A DNA stretch of 64,000 nucleotides, filler included, from Jimgerdemannia flammicorona (taxonomy: Eukaryota), in assembly GCA_003990765.1 (NCBI GenBank). It is 3 parts of 3 records of this genome, joined end to end, with 100 filler letters (N's around TTAATTAATTAA, not from the genome) between each part and the next. Parts side by side here need not be neighbours in the genome. Positions count along the whole stretch, not along the records: positions 43,245 to 64,000 come from RBNJ01001595.1; 2 more parts are not named here. The stretch is one strand, 5' to 3'. The notes below the pieces were generated by a model. The model made no database searches. It saw only the letters and a program-made list of their open reading frames with translations, and was not told the DNA's origin. Below are positions 50,833 to 63,968 of this stretch, piece after piece. The position numbers were made by a program, and so were the translations under genes. Each line of letters begins with the position of its first letter. Within the stretch, counting starts at the first letter, position 1.

Positions 50833-51570
50833 TCAGGCGATATTAACGAAGCTCTTGGCTACATTATCATCGCTGCAAGCATTCTTGTTGGCACAGTACG
50901 CGGTGTCACTGTCCTTGCACACACTGGCAGCCGCGTGCTCGCAGTTCTTGAAGGCTACATTGTTGCAGCATTGGTTCGTGTTGTCGCACACCGTGTTTGA
51001 GCTCACTGCGGATGGGCCGCACGCACCGCATGCGCCATTGCCATAGGCGCCATATCCGTAGGGGTACCCGAAATCGTAGCCGCTGCCGTATGGATACCCG
51101 AAGCCACTGCCGTAGGGAATTCCGCCTCGCTTCTGCTTGGGGAGGTTGCGCTTCTTCAAGCAACACGTGCCGCAACCGCAAGGGCATGCGCCACGGCCGC
51201 AAGCCCCGAAACTGTTACAACCATCGCAACTTCCAAATCCTTTGCAATTGCCAAGTTCTTCGCAGGGAAAACCACAAGCACCGAAACCATGGACGAAGCT
51301 GCAGGGCCCGCAGGGATCGCACTTGTCAAAGCCACCGCAAGTGCCGAAACCATGGACGAAACTGCATGGTCCGCAGGAATTGCCACAGCAGTCGTCGAAC
51401 TCGCAATTGTCGCCGCACCGCTTCTCCACAGCGCCGTTGAGGCAGCGAGCGTCAAGGGTTGGTGCCTGGGGTTCTGTGCCAGAATTGGGAATGGGTTTGG
51501 CAGTGCTGAGGTGGACGAGGAGGGCCTGAGCGGCGAAAGCAAGGAAGGCGACGGTGAATTGCTTGGCCAT
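50833..51570 (-). CDS. Secreted Cys/Gly/Tyr-rich protein, 245 aa, intronless, with dibasic (Kex2-type) sites
   Basis: Hydrophobic signal peptide, GPCSFVHGFGxC repeats, KR/KKR sites, a GYPYG-rich segment and an Asn/Cys-rich C-terminus. Two paralogous copies lie nearby. Confidence 0.85.
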   Translation of the reverse strand: MAKQFTVAFLAFAAQALLVHLSTAKPIPNSGTEPQAPTLDARCLNGAVEKRCGDNCEFDDCCGNSCGPCSFVHGFGTCGGFDKCDPCGPCSFVHGFGACGFPCEELGNCKGFGSCDGCNSFGACGRGACPCGCGTCCLKKRNLPKQKRGGIPYGSGFGYPYGSGYDFGYPYGYGAYGNGACGACGPSAVSSNTVCDNTNQCCNNVAFKNCEHAAASVCKDSDTAYCANKNACSDDNVAKSFVNIA

Positions 51571-52389
51571 TTTGTATTTTCTTACGTCGGTAGGAGAGTG
51601 TAGGGAGAAAAATCTGGAAAAGGAATCTGTGATGTGTGCAAGTTGCTTGTTTTTGCTTGCTTTACTGTAAGGATAGAGAGACGATATGTGGATGCTCTTT
51701 TATAGATTCAAATATTTTGATTAGTAAGCATAGCATCTGCTCTGATAAAACCTCGGCAGGGTACATTCTCATCTATCAGGTTTATCACGATTGTGTGAAA
51801 CTATGCTGCTCCATAAATATTCTCTGGTATAACAAAATTGACTGATTATGTGATTCAGTGGCGTTGTTGATCATTATATTGCCACGGCATTGATGCGCCA
51901 AGGGTAACCTCCCGAACACAGATTACCATCTACACAAACGCTAAGTTGGATCTTCCATGTCATCGAAATTAGTGCTGATACGCCTGAAGGCGAGCCTGTT
52001 CAACTCAATCCTACGTGTCTGCATTGTGCGACCAATCAGGTGCTAATGAAAAATAAAAGAATAAAATGGTCTGTAAAATTGATTGAGTTTAAACTTAGTT
52101 GCAGGGACAGACGAATCTATACATTTCGCATGTTCGGTGTTTGCTTTTGCCCCCGGAAATTTTGCAATTCTGTGCAGCCATGCACGCTTCTATGTTTCGT
52201 GAACCGGGTTATACCCGCAGATGCATGAAATGGTCTCGACTGAAACATGTGCGCCCAGTCCACAACTCTTAAAAACATAATGTCAACCTATCTGCTATTT
52301 GGTACTCCAGGCCGTCGTCGTATAAATATCTATCCGCGAATTGTGATTGTTGTGGAAATGCAAGATCTAGAACGGCGTTACATGAGTTC

Positions 52390-52424
<35 letters not shown>

Positions 52425-52798
52425 CACTCAAAATCTTGGCTTCAATAAACAAATAAACTGCTATTGAGTGAAAAAGGTGGCAGACCCGCCAAGAGACCCG
52501 GGGTCCATCCGCGGCGCTCGGGATACATTACCGCATCGTCCACAAGGGCATATTTCAACATCCTGTTCACCTAACGCCATCACCGAGGCAAGTGAAATCG
52601 AGGAAATTTAGTAAAGGTTTTACTTATTACAAAAATCCGTAGTTTTGGTGATGGTGTTTATTGTTAGTTCAAGTGGTAAAGCACCAACCATGATATGCTG
52701 GATTTATGTATAAACACAAACAATCTATCTCGCACACATTGCGTCGAATCTGCCTTGCCTATCTACATATTCAACTCCCGCCGCCAAGCTTACACTTC

Positions 52799-52908
52799 TC
52801 AGGCGATATTAACGAAGCTCTTGGCCACATTATCATCGCTGTAAGCGTTCTTGTTGGCACAGTATGCGGTATCACAGTCCTTGCACACACTGGCAGCCAC
52901 GTGCTCGC
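52799..52908 (-). pseudogene. 3'-end remnant of a third Cys-rich paralog
   Basis: Encodes EHVAASVCKDCDTAYCANKNAYSDDNVAKSFVNIA*. Its flank 52520-52800 duplicates 50545-50830. Confidence 0.85.
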
Positions 52909-53329
52909 TATTCCTGACAGTCTAAACCTCAAAAACTTGATTGTCTCTTTGTTTCCATTGCATCACATGGCCCAAACACATACATCTCAGCTTTTACTCC
53001 CAAGTCCTCTTCAACGAGAACCAACTCAGGCACCTTGCCTGTCATCGTCGGTAGACCACTGAGCATTTGGAGGAGACGAAGAGGGTAAACGTCGACTATG
53101 TCGACATTATTGAAAGTGTTGCGATCGACACGAATCCTCTCCTCCTGCTCTCCGAACTCATCGGGCATCTGGAGTGCCGCGCCCACCGCCTCCATTAGCT
53201 TTGTTCTCTCTAGTGCCTGGTACTACAAGCTAGACTCCACCTATCACCACCTCATCATCTTCTACGGCCCTGTCCTCGGTCTCGTCGGCGACGTCCTCAT
53301 CCCGCACAAAGTCCACCTTCCTCATCGGC

Positions 53330-53487
53330 CACGGGTGGGGAGGGAGTTGCGGTTGGGGAGGGGGTTGCAGATGGAGTTACAGATGGGGAGGGGGGGTTGC
53401 GGGTGGGAGGGGGATGGGGAGGGATTACAGGTGGGGAGGGGGTTGCAGTTGGGGAGGGGGTTGCGGATGGAGAGGGAGTTGGGCAGC
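53330..53487 (+). repeat. G-rich 18-bp minisatellite (gggagggggttgcagatg-like), G-quadruplex-prone
   Basis: About 8 imperfect copies are visible. Confidence 0.75.
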
Positions 53488-53489
53488 GG

Positions 53490-54193
53490 ATTATACTTTA
53501 TCTGCATCGATGTATCTGGTGTCTTTCCAACTATCAATGTCCCGTCCAACTTGTCCTTTCTCAAGGCGAACACGCTCACGGGCCTGCCCTTCGACGACTG
53601 CATCTTCGATTACGTGTTCCAGCGCTTCATGTCCTTAGCGTTTTCACCGAGCGATTGGGAGGTGGTAGCAAAGATGCTGATGAGGGTCACTAAGCCGGGT
53701 GGGTGGGTGGAGCTTTTTGAAACTTTATCAACCGCCACCAGAGTACTATATATTATACAACGCATGTAAGTTATTTGATGTTCTGTATCGTGGGTCTGCG
53801 GGACAACTCTCTGGGCTTTCCTTACTGATGGAGCTTCAAACAACTAACTGAACATTTTCTGCCAAACCCTTCATAATGAACGAAATTATTCTCGCCCGTG
53901 GAATACAAGAGCGCATGGTGAACGTTTTACCCAATCTCCTTGCCGCCCAAGGATTCGAGGACATTTCCTCAGACTTCGTGTCATCTCCCATAGGCTGGCA
54001 GGGTTGCGTCGGCGCAACAATAAGTACTTGTGCTATGAACTTTTGGGAGGCGTGCGGGCCAGTGGTAGTGCCAAAGATAGGACTAGACGAAGACAGGTAC
54101 ACCGAACTCTATGTAAGGGTAGTTCAGCAGATGGCAAAAGCAAAGAATTATACAAATTTTCCATATGTATACAGGAGAAAACCGATTGTATAA
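53490..54193 (+). pseudogene. Class I SAM-dependent methyltransferase (LaeA/TAM-like), N-terminus apparently missing
   Basis: Reads IDVSGVFP...NLSF...GLPFDDCIFDYVFQRFM...RVTKPGGWVELFE, with a downstream exon LLAAQGFEDI...PIGW...YRRKP*. No DxGxGxG motif is found upstream, where the G-rich repeat lies instead. Confidence 0.7.
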
Positions 54194-55199
54194 TAAACGT
54201 TTTTTTTTTTTTTTGCTTTTTATTAATTTATTATTACAAACAACTTAAAATTTTGTGCTCCAGATGACTTCAGGTATGACCAACATAAACTCGTGCAAAG
54301 CGTAAAGAAGATCCAAGAAAAAGATAATACATTTACACGCACAGTGGAACGACACGGCAGCAAAGAATGCTATCCTCAATGATTCACCTCCTATCTGCTT
54401 CGCTTCGTCAAATCACGGAAAATACGGACACCATTGAGAGCGGCAAACACAACCAATGGAAGGTGCAGGACGATGAGTGGTTCCTAGGGGAAGAATTTGG
54501 TCATTTGGTGACACTTTTGATCGCCAAGGCAAATTGGTTGAGGTGTTCATTGTAATAATAGAGGTTCAATGGAGAGGAAGATTTGTATGCGTTTCTTCGC
54601 ATGTGAATCTGCAATGGTTTGATTTGATCGCATTTGCTACGAGCTTCTTTTTGGAGCCATTTGTTGCTTTTCAATGACCTTGTGTGCGGGATTTAATCAC
54701 TGGTTAACATGCGACGTGCTGGGGACAGTTGGGATGTCGTGAAGATATATTGCGCAACTTATCAAGTTTAGGCAATGCTTTAACTTTGGCCAGAGAATAA
54801 ATGAGAAAGTGAATTATATGGGTAATTCACAACATTTCCAACCCCTGCCCGAATCAACCATTCCTGACATATTTACTAGTTGTATTCGATTGACACCTGC
54901 CTGTTTGTTCAAATTTGCACTTTGGTTGATTGTCCGATTGACAGTTTTGCCAATTGTTCGTTTGACCAATTGTTGGACTGTCTACTGGTTTGGCCGATTG
55001 TCGGAGTGTCCACTCATTTGACGGTCACTCGTTTGAAGCATCCACTTATTTGACCAATTGTTGGATTGGCATTCATTAGGCTTGGCTGTTGGACAGGCTA
55101 CAGATTCGGAGGGAAATATTTGTGGAGAGTAAGTGTTCATGGAGGAGAAGTACATATTTGTAGTTTAGTATTTGCAGAGAGGATATATAGCAGTTTGTA

Positions 55200-56150
55200 G
55201 AGGGGGGGAAATAAATTGAAAATTCAAATATATGTTCAGTGTCTAAGTTTGTGTCTACAAAATATAGTTCAAGTTATAAAGTTTATATCTGCAAAATATA
55301 GTTTGAGTTTATATATAATATACTTCTATGAACAGATCTCTAAATTTTGTAGATTTTTGACAAATATATCTAAAACTAAATATATATATATAATATAAAA
55401 CTACAAATTATATAGTTTAAAAGAAATTATAAAAGTAGTCTTAGAGATATCTTTTAACTTAATTTAAATCTAATGATATCTAGATATGATATTTAACTTA
55501 ATAAAAAACTTAGTATTCTTAAGTATATCAAAGGTCTGATTAATGGGAGATAGTAGATATTAATTCTTATATATAAGCTTATTGAGTATATAGTAATTTA
55601 TATATATTTATAGGGGGGGTTTTTTTTTTTTTTTTTTTTTTTTAATAAATAAGAATAGTGAGTTATAAAGTAACTTGCTTGATTAAATGGCTTTATAGAC
55701 TAGTAGTTATTTTAGTTTTTTCTTAACTATTTTTATTTTAAAAAATAATATATAGTATATATTTCTTAGATAGTATAGTTCTGAGATTAATTTAATTTTA
55801 TAATCTACTTTTTATATAAATTATAAGTCAGATAGCTTATCTGGAAAAATATCCTTAAATTCTTCTAGTAGTAACTAAATATTTTTATTAATTAATAACT
55901 TTTATCTTACTTCTTAAATTAGATAATAGTAACAAAAGTATATATTACTTTCTTAAGTATATTTTTATACTATATTATTAAGAGAGTAATAATCTGAATC
56001 CTGTTTATAGATTTATTTAACTTAGTGATAATATTGATCTCTTTTTAAAGTAAAGTAACCTCATTCTTGTACTAATTAATCTATAGACTATATATAATAT
56101 ATAAGTTAAAATTTTTCTAAAATCAGATCATAATATTCTAGTAATACAAT
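55200..56150. other. AT-rich decayed repeat block
   Basis: CpG-free, TA-rich, no real ORF. Confidence 0.65.
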
Positions 56151-57932
56151 CTTGAAGCCTACTTGTTTCCAGTATTTCTGAATTTTGATAGTATATACTT
56201 CCAATACACAGTGCAGTGTCAGCTAGACAGATTTTTCCGAGATTACTCTGGGTATGGATATTCTGATACCAACTCTTTTTCCTGAATCGCCAGAACCCGT
56301 TCATAGAGCTTTCTGCCTCATCATGTGTGCGTGTCATGGCATCGCGAACGACCGTTTGCATCACGCGGTGAATTGAAAGTATATAACTAATTATTTGGAC
56401 AATGCGTTTGCGGTCGATAATTCTACGTGGTGGTCCGTCAAACAAACGACACGGCCGGCGGGAAATTCGATCTGCTCGAATGTCTCTCCCAGGGTCTTGT
56501 AACTGGTTGCAAAAGCTTAGAGAATGGATTTCGTAGGAACATCGAGAGAAAATCGAAGCCGAGATCGTGAATTCTCTGATAGGTTCATCAGCCTGTATCA
56601 TCGGAAGGCTCGCTAGCGATACCTTTTCGTGAAGTGTTTCAGTACGGCCGTACTTCTATATGGGCGGATGGTTCGGACTTGTAGATTCCGTCTCTTTCAT
56701 CCCGGCCAAGAAACTCGAGCATTTTTTTTTTTTTTTTTTTTTGGTATATTTCACAATTAGCCGATTTGGCTTGACGCTTTGGATCCCCTTTATTCCATCT
56801 CAAATTTGATTGAAGTTTGACTAAATAATCAAGTTATTTTGGTTATAAACTCAGCTATTATTAATCATATCCTTCTTCCCAATGTTTTTACGTCGCCTCC
56901 GTCGCAGGGGATGTACCCGTGCGTATCGCAGTGATTGTACAAGCGACAGCTGACCACGGTCATTCTTCACATCAGTCAACTTCTCTCGGACGGTTATTCC
57001 CGACGGACTGGTTCGCGTATTATACAATGGCCAGGTCGGGAAGGGTTCACCTGTGGGATATCGACACCGTAGACGCTTGCCTCTTGTTGATGCTTGGCGG
57101 AGAGATGGAGGGTTACTGTTTCAGTGGAAGGAATCGCTTTTTTCCTTCGCTGTTGAATACCTTTTTTTTTTTTTTATTATTCCTTCCGATCACACCACAA
57201 ACAGCGCCGCATTGGTGTTGACCATTAAAGTCAGGTGCCACGCGTGCTTTACGAATATTGAAGATTATATTATGGTACCTATTATATTTTATTTTCTCGC
57301 TTGTAAGTGCATTGGATATGCTAGATCATAGTCTGATTTGATTAAATTTTTTATCCAAACTTCAGAGTGTGATAACTCAATGAAAACACATCTAAAGTAA
57401 TATTCTTTATTGCATTGAATTCACTGAAGTCCAATAAGCTAAAATTTATTAAATTTGGACACACTTTGGCCGAGTTGAATTTCTTCAAATTGAACTTTTG
57501 AATTGAATCAAATTGAACGATATAGATAAAATTGTTACATATAATGGAGTACATACTGCAGGAGTTCGCAGCAAGGCCGTGAGTCACTTACACTTCAGAC
57601 TTTGCAATTGCCATTACACAATTACACTCTTCTCCTCCACACAGCGCTATTCCGACTTCAACACTCCGAGAGCGAAGTCAGTCCGGCGCACAAGACGAAC
57701 GACATCCAAACTTCAGAACTTTAGAACTACGGAACACCAGAATTACAGGTCAACGAACTCTGTGGCCATAAGATTTCCGTAGTTCCAGAGCTCCAGAAGC
57801 AGTTCCAATTGAAAGCGCGCGCAGACCAAAACTTTAGTTTCGTCGGGTTAGTGGTTTAATCATGTGGTTTTGAGCATGTGACCTCTTATTGATAATATCC
57901 TAAATCGCCACTCCATACGACACTTGAGATCC

Positions 57933-58967
57933 ATGGAACACGCCGCAGCATTAGTTGTTGTCGCTGCCATCCAGGCTTTACCCAGGCTTGCCAAAACCAT
58001 TCGCAAAGTGTGGAAAGAATTCCAAAGAATCCAACAGCCAACGGAAAAAACAGATAATCATGTGAAGATGAATATCCGGCGAAAGGCCATGGAACACTAT
58101 GGCAGGCAGCTGAATTTCGACCGGAAATACAACATTGTATTCGCAGGGGTGGCAGGCGTCGGAAAGGTTTGTAGGAAATTTTTCCTCGGTACACTTGTCC
58201 ATATATCATACTGTTGTTGTTACGTCACAAATGTCTCATTGGCAATTTTGTTGGCAGTCGTCGCTGATCAACGCCCTTCGAGGTCTTGTCGATGACGATC
58301 CAGATGCTGCCCCGGTCGATACTAATCAAAAGTCACAATGGGCAACCCCGTATGAGGTGCAAGAAAATGTCGTTCTCTGGGATATGCCCGGTGCCGGTAC
58401 TAAGCACCATCCGTCGGACACGTATTTCACCTCGAATTTCTTGGCCGCATTCGACTTTATGGTCATCGTCACAGACAATAGGTAGAGTAACCGCGTTCCT
58501 TGCAGCAAATTTATGCTCAGTAGTAATCACCACTGAAATATTCCGATAATATCACCAAATTTCGTAGACTGCGACAAGAAGACATTGGTCTTGCGAAACA
58601 GGCGAAGCAATACGACGTCCCCTTTGCCATTGTGAGGACCAAGAGCGATCAAGATATAATGTCCAGGCTTAGGCGCAAAGGAATTGTCAACAATCTTGGT
58701 GTCAGCCATCTGGACTCTGAATCGCTTACGGTTCAGTACCATGTAACTGCCCGTGAATTGACGCAGGACGTTAGGAGAAATATGTTAGAGCAGTTGTCAC
58801 TATTCAATCTACATGATCGTGCAGTGCTGGTCGTATCCTCGTGGGTTGTTCGTAACTCGGGCGAGATGACTGAAAAGATAGCCGATAAGTTTGACGCCTT
58901 TGACGAGAACCACCTCATGAACTTGGTGGAGACCTTTTTGATGATGGCTCGGTCACACGTGGTGTAA
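57933..58967 (+). CDS. IRG/IIGP-like (interferon-inducible GTPase family) P-loop GTPase; exons 57933-58166, 58258-58481, 58568-58967
   Basis: G1 AGVAGVGK/SSLINALRG, G3 LWDMPGAGT, G4 VRTKSD and G5-like VVSSW. GT-AG introns are in phase. Confidence 0.9.
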
Positions 58968-59320
58968 TTTAACGTACCAATTCGACTGTTATTTTATTTT
59001 CGACCTGTCGTAGTTTGTATGCGCATAAGCAGTTAATATCCTTAATTATTTGTTCGTCACTCATCGTTTTGCGACTTATATCAGTCGCCCGTTTCGTGTC
59101 CAATGCCCATTAATATCTATTCGCCAAACGCATCCAATCGAATTGACGCTTGCGTACATAATGTTCGAAGAAAGGGAGGTCTGATGAGGCGCAACCAAAA
59201 GAGGAAAAATACGAATGGCGACACAATGTCCGGTTTATAATGGATTCTTATCATAAAGTATAATGGTATTTAATGACTGCTGAAGCTAAATACAATAAAT
59301 GCAATAAATACAATGGTATT

Positions 59321-60634
59321 TCACGAGGATCTGTAGGCTATGGTTTCCTTAGTTAACATGCGAATAAGCGGGATTTCGTCCATCAGTTTGAGCGGCGTCG
59401 ATGGCTCTTCCTCCTCGATCATTAGCTTCACGAGTTCCTGGAGAGACCAAGCCGAAACGATAAACAGCTTTTCGAGCTGCAACCCAGCTTCTTTGATTTG
59501 CCCCCGAACGTTCTCGTGAACCTGTCATTCGATTCGCAAACACGTTAGAATAAAAATTTCGATTCATCCAAAGACGTGTCACGATAAATTCACAGTGACC
59601 TCTTTTTGTAATTCCTTAGCTGCTTGTTCCCAGGTCAATCTGCGGTTTTTTCGTTGCTTTGACTGAATGTCCTACAGGATTTGGATCAGTAAAAATAATG
59701 TGCATGAGTAAAAGGTATAGTGAATGCAAATACACTTTTCAAAATCGCAACCCTCCACCTGATCAGCCTTGTTCCGTACGAAAAACACCGGTACTCCCGC
59801 CTCGGCTGCTTGTCTTGCGATATCAATATCAATCTGCATAAACCTGTGGTATCGGGATCGCGAATTTTAAAATCTGCATATACAAGATTTGCGAGGTGAA
59901 TTTCAGATACATATTTCGCATTGCACTCACCTTGTAGACGTGACGACTATCAACGCATCAAAAGCGAACAACATCTTGTCTTTGAAATATGTTTCACCAG
60001 GATTACGTACAGTGCCACCTCCGGGTAAATCCCACAGGACCACCGTTTTTAAGTTTGGGTGACAATAAAATTTAATATCAAAGGTTGTCTCGACCTCCCC
60101 AACTGGGGCGGAATTATCGGCACCATCGTAGATTCCCATCAGACCGTTGACAAGCGATGACTGAGCAAGCATATTCAAGATTTGGTGTTAAAGTTGGTTC
60201 AATGTACAACGATTGAATATATATATATAATCTTCATTTCATACCTTTCCTTGTCCTGATCCACCAACTATGGCGATATTATGGTTATCGTTGCAATCCA
60301 TGCCAAATTTTTTACGAGCCTCTTCGCAGACCTCTTGGGACACCACACGTCTTGGTGGAATATCATCCAACACTACGGTAGCCGCCACAATTGGCAAAAT
60401 GATGGGCAAGAAAGGTGAAATACACACTCCGGCTGCTACCCCTGCCACTAGGCCGACCGCAGTTTCCAGTCCGGTAGCGTTTTTCTCGATAAACGCGAAC
60501 GGACCCAAAAAAAAAGGTGACGCAACGATCACCAACGGCGAGGCAACGAGGGCGCTAAGAGCAGCGCCGGCGACTTTGGCGACTACTATTGCCTTTTCAC
60601 CGAGTGTCCGCTGTTTGCTTTGTTGGTTACCCAT
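59321..60634 (-). CDS. Second IRG/IIGP-like GTPase with N-myristoylation motif and hydrophobic hairpin; 5 exons
   Basis: Starts MGNQQSK, has two hydrophobic stretches, then VGGSGQGK/SSLVNGLMG, APVGEVETT, LWDLPGGGT, VRNKADQ and LFIVSAW. The stop is at 59321-59323. Confidence 0.88.
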
Positions 60635-62239
60635 GTTCCACCTAGACTTAATTTTGTTCCGGCAGCTGATATGCTGATAAGCCACTTTAAATTGCATCTC
60701 GGAGATTTAAATTCAGCGATTGGCGCAGCCCGAAAACCGAAAATGTATATATATACTAACACGAAGAACCTTCAATCACTTCAATAATCCTCAAATCTTC
60801 TTTAGAAGACTAGACATCTATTATGTGACACCCATGAGCGAAGGTCTTTCATGAGAGAATCTTCTCCGCCATATATTTGTATATTAGTATCTACGTGATG
60901 TCTGGACATGCATGCACGAAGCTTAGCCCTAACTACACATTGCCACGACGTATATACGAGCAAAGCAAGAGTAGTTATTTGAGTTCTGGATTTTATTGAT
61001 TTTATTGCTAACGCGTATTCAACTAGTCATTATATAGACACACCTGGTTCAAAAGAATGGTTTTCGTATACTGCATGTGGGACGTAAAGGACGTATATAC
61101 CAAGTAGCTCATATTCGTACTCGGCTCTCGTCGGAATGAGAGCTGCCAATAAAGGCTTGTATGAAATCATTGTATCACGTTCCCAGCGTGCTCCAGACAC
61201 TCCCAACCTTGCGCTAGGATTCCGCCGGCTCGCAACCCTTTCCACCTCAGGCACCTCGAATGGATACAGTACCATCCGGAATTGCAAGCATACGGCCAGC
61301 GACAACACGAAAATACGTGGCGATGAACCTCCTGGATTACCAGCATTACTTAACGAATATTTAGAAGGCACTATCAAGGAGGGTCTCAGGATCTAAGCAA
61401 ATCTTAGGTAGGAGCACAGGAGCTTTACAAGTGTGCTTTCAATAAGCGACACTTGCTAAACAACGGAAGATCCTTCTCTAAGCTAAATTTTATTTGCGAT
61501 GTTCGCGAACGTGGAATGACATGCCCAAATCGGGGAGGCCATGGAACGATACCGCAACCTTCGGCTTTGGAGAACATTAACGGTGTTCAGCGTTAAGACG
61601 AAACATTAGCGAAGGGTACCGTTTTGGAGAATGTCGGTGAAGTATATACATTTTCCGCCGATGTGCTTCACGAAAAGACCAAATTCAGGCGCATGTGTTT
61701 GATGAACTTAGGGTTGTTTGTGCGGCTCGTACTCGGCCTGACAACGCTGAAAGACCAGCTGCGCACTTGGATTGGCCACGTAGAGAAGCCTGTGTATAGT
61801 ATGTGTAGCTGACCTTTTGTTGTAAGCCTCCGTTACACAAACGTTGCTTTAGACTTCTCTCCTGTTTCCTTCATTCCCACGCCCACGACATTCACTCTAT
61901 TGCAATGACGAAACCCCTCCCCCCCCCCACCGAGATTGTCTGCCAAGGTCTCCCTGCTGTGAACGCACTCCACAGTGCCTGGCACAGGTCGGGTAAGCTG
62001 CAGGTACTCGTGAGTCAAAGTTACAGACCTATTATGTCCACAGGCAGCTCGTTCACAAACACCCCAGCGACATTCCGACCATCAAGACCCCTCCGCTGGG
62101 ATCCTTTCAAACGAGATTCCCACCGACAAAAACCTCAATTCCCGCCACCGTGATTCACACTGACGAGATTCGTACTGCCAAATTTCTGTTGCTATGGTTC
62201 CCACATTCCGACATACCCTCTGCTGACAACCGCTGTGAG

Positions 62240-62745
62240 TGCACTTAGTCGTTATTCATCGCCGTTCTGCCCTTAATTTTTGTGATTATCCGTCATCCGT
62301 CATCCATCATCCATCGTCGTCTTTATCGCCGTTCTGCGCTTAGTCGTCGTTCATCACTGTTCTGCGATTCACTTAGTTGTCGTTCATCGCTGTTCTGCGC
62401 TAAGTCGTTGTTCATTGCCATTCTACGCTTAGTCGTCATCATTGCTCCGCGCTTAGTCGTCATCATTTGCGCTTAGTCGTCATTCATCGCTGTTTGTGCA
62501 TAGTCGTCGTCCATCATCGTTCTGCGCTTAGTCGTCGTTCATCGCCGTTCCACACTTAATCGTCGTTCATCGCTGTTCCGCACTTAATCGTCGTTCATCG
62601 CTGTTCCGCACTTAGTCGTCTGACATCCGTCGTCCATCATCCGTCGTCATCATCACCCATCGCCGTCCTGTGCTTAGTCGCCGTTCTGTGCTTAGTCATC
62701 ATTCATTAACCGTCCGTCATCCGGCATCCATCGTCTTTATCTATC
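62240..62745. repeat. Minisatellite, ~29-bp unit gcgcttagtcgtcgttcatcgccgttct
   Basis: More than ten imperfect tandem copies. Confidence 0.85.
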
Positions 62746-63419
62746 GTTCGGCATCTATCCTCCAACTCATTCATAGTACATTAGCTTTAGTTTTAGTCTT
62801 ATTTCATTGGTTTTTTTTACCTCTAATAATTATTTTGGTATTGTATAATAATAAAACGACGTTTCTAATTTATTTGAATAGCATCAGAACAGTACAGTGA
62901 TACACATAGATGTATTTTTGAACTGTTCAAGGAGTACTTTTAAGTTGCGCCCAAGCAAAATAGTACATACGAAGGATGTGGAAGCACAATAGCCGACCTC
63001 CTTGAATATCACTTTAGTATTTTAAGTACCTAGCTCAGTACGAAAGGTTGGGACCTGTGGTCTCACCGATAGGTCACAGACCATGTGATCTGGGGTTACA
63101 CACAGAAATTGATCGACAGGTGAAATTGGATCTATGTAAATTGTCATTAGGACGACTGGGAGAGCCTGAAAAGCGACCTGTGTGGATCCCTTGGGTATCC
63201 TGGTTCCTTGCGAATGTGTGCTGATTCAGAGGGCCATTTATTGCAATTGCAGACATCCACCTATTTATATGTACAAGAATTTTCATAAACGTTTTTTATA
63301 TAAGCCCGCGTAGACACCTCCTTGCAACATGAAACCCTTCTATGCACGCTAAATAAGCACGTAGAGCCTCCAACGAACTACTTCCGATAATGACTTGGGT
63401 TGTCATTCCACAAAACCCA

Positions 63420-63968
63420 TCGCCACTGCCCCAGTTGTCCGCCATCCAGATTTTACCCAAGCTCGCTGACGTCATTTTCGAAGTGTGGAAAAAATTCCCT
63501 CATCGAACAAACATCAGATAATGATCTGAAGACGAAAAGCCATGGAACACTATATCAAGCAGCTGAATTTCGACAGGAAATACAACATTGTATTCGCAGG
63601 AGTGGAAGTATTTGTCAGAAATCCTTCGTATACTCGTGCTGCTCTTTTTGCGTCGAAAATATCTCATTGAAAATATCGTTGGCAGTCATTGCTAATCGAG
63701 GTCTGTTCCAGATGTTGTCCCCGTCGATATCAATCAACAAATACAACAAGCAACCCCATATGAGGTGCAAGAAATGTCGTTCTCTGGAATATGCCCGGCG
63801 CCAGCTGGTATTACGCACCAACCTTCGGGCATGTATTTCGACTTCATTGTCATTATCTCAGACAATGGTAGTTGTCGCTTAATAGTAATCACCACTGAAA
63901 TATTCCGTAAACAGCACAAAATTTTAGACTGCAACAAGAAGACATTAGCATTGCGAAACAGGCGAAGT
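63420..63968 (+). pseudogene. Decayed duplicate of the 57933-58967 IRG-like GTPase
   Basis: Collinear nucleotide matches (ccatggaacactat, gctgaatttcgac, aatacaacattgtattcgcagg, gaggtgcaaga, agactgc.acaagaagacatt) include both introns, with many small deletions and loss of the P-loop. Confidence 0.88.

Noticed and set aside
54880..55075. Repeated ttgaccaattg/ttggccgattg motifs, possible transposon subterminal repeats
   Set aside because: No matching opposite end or TSD could be identified.
61030..62160. Scattered 60-115 aa ORFs between the IRG genes
   Set aside because: No domain signature recognised; possibly gene debris, but unsupported.
62240..62745. ~29-bp repeats resembling a CRISPR array
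   Set aside because: The units are contiguous and degenerate with no unique spacers, there are no cas genes, and the context is eukaryotic.
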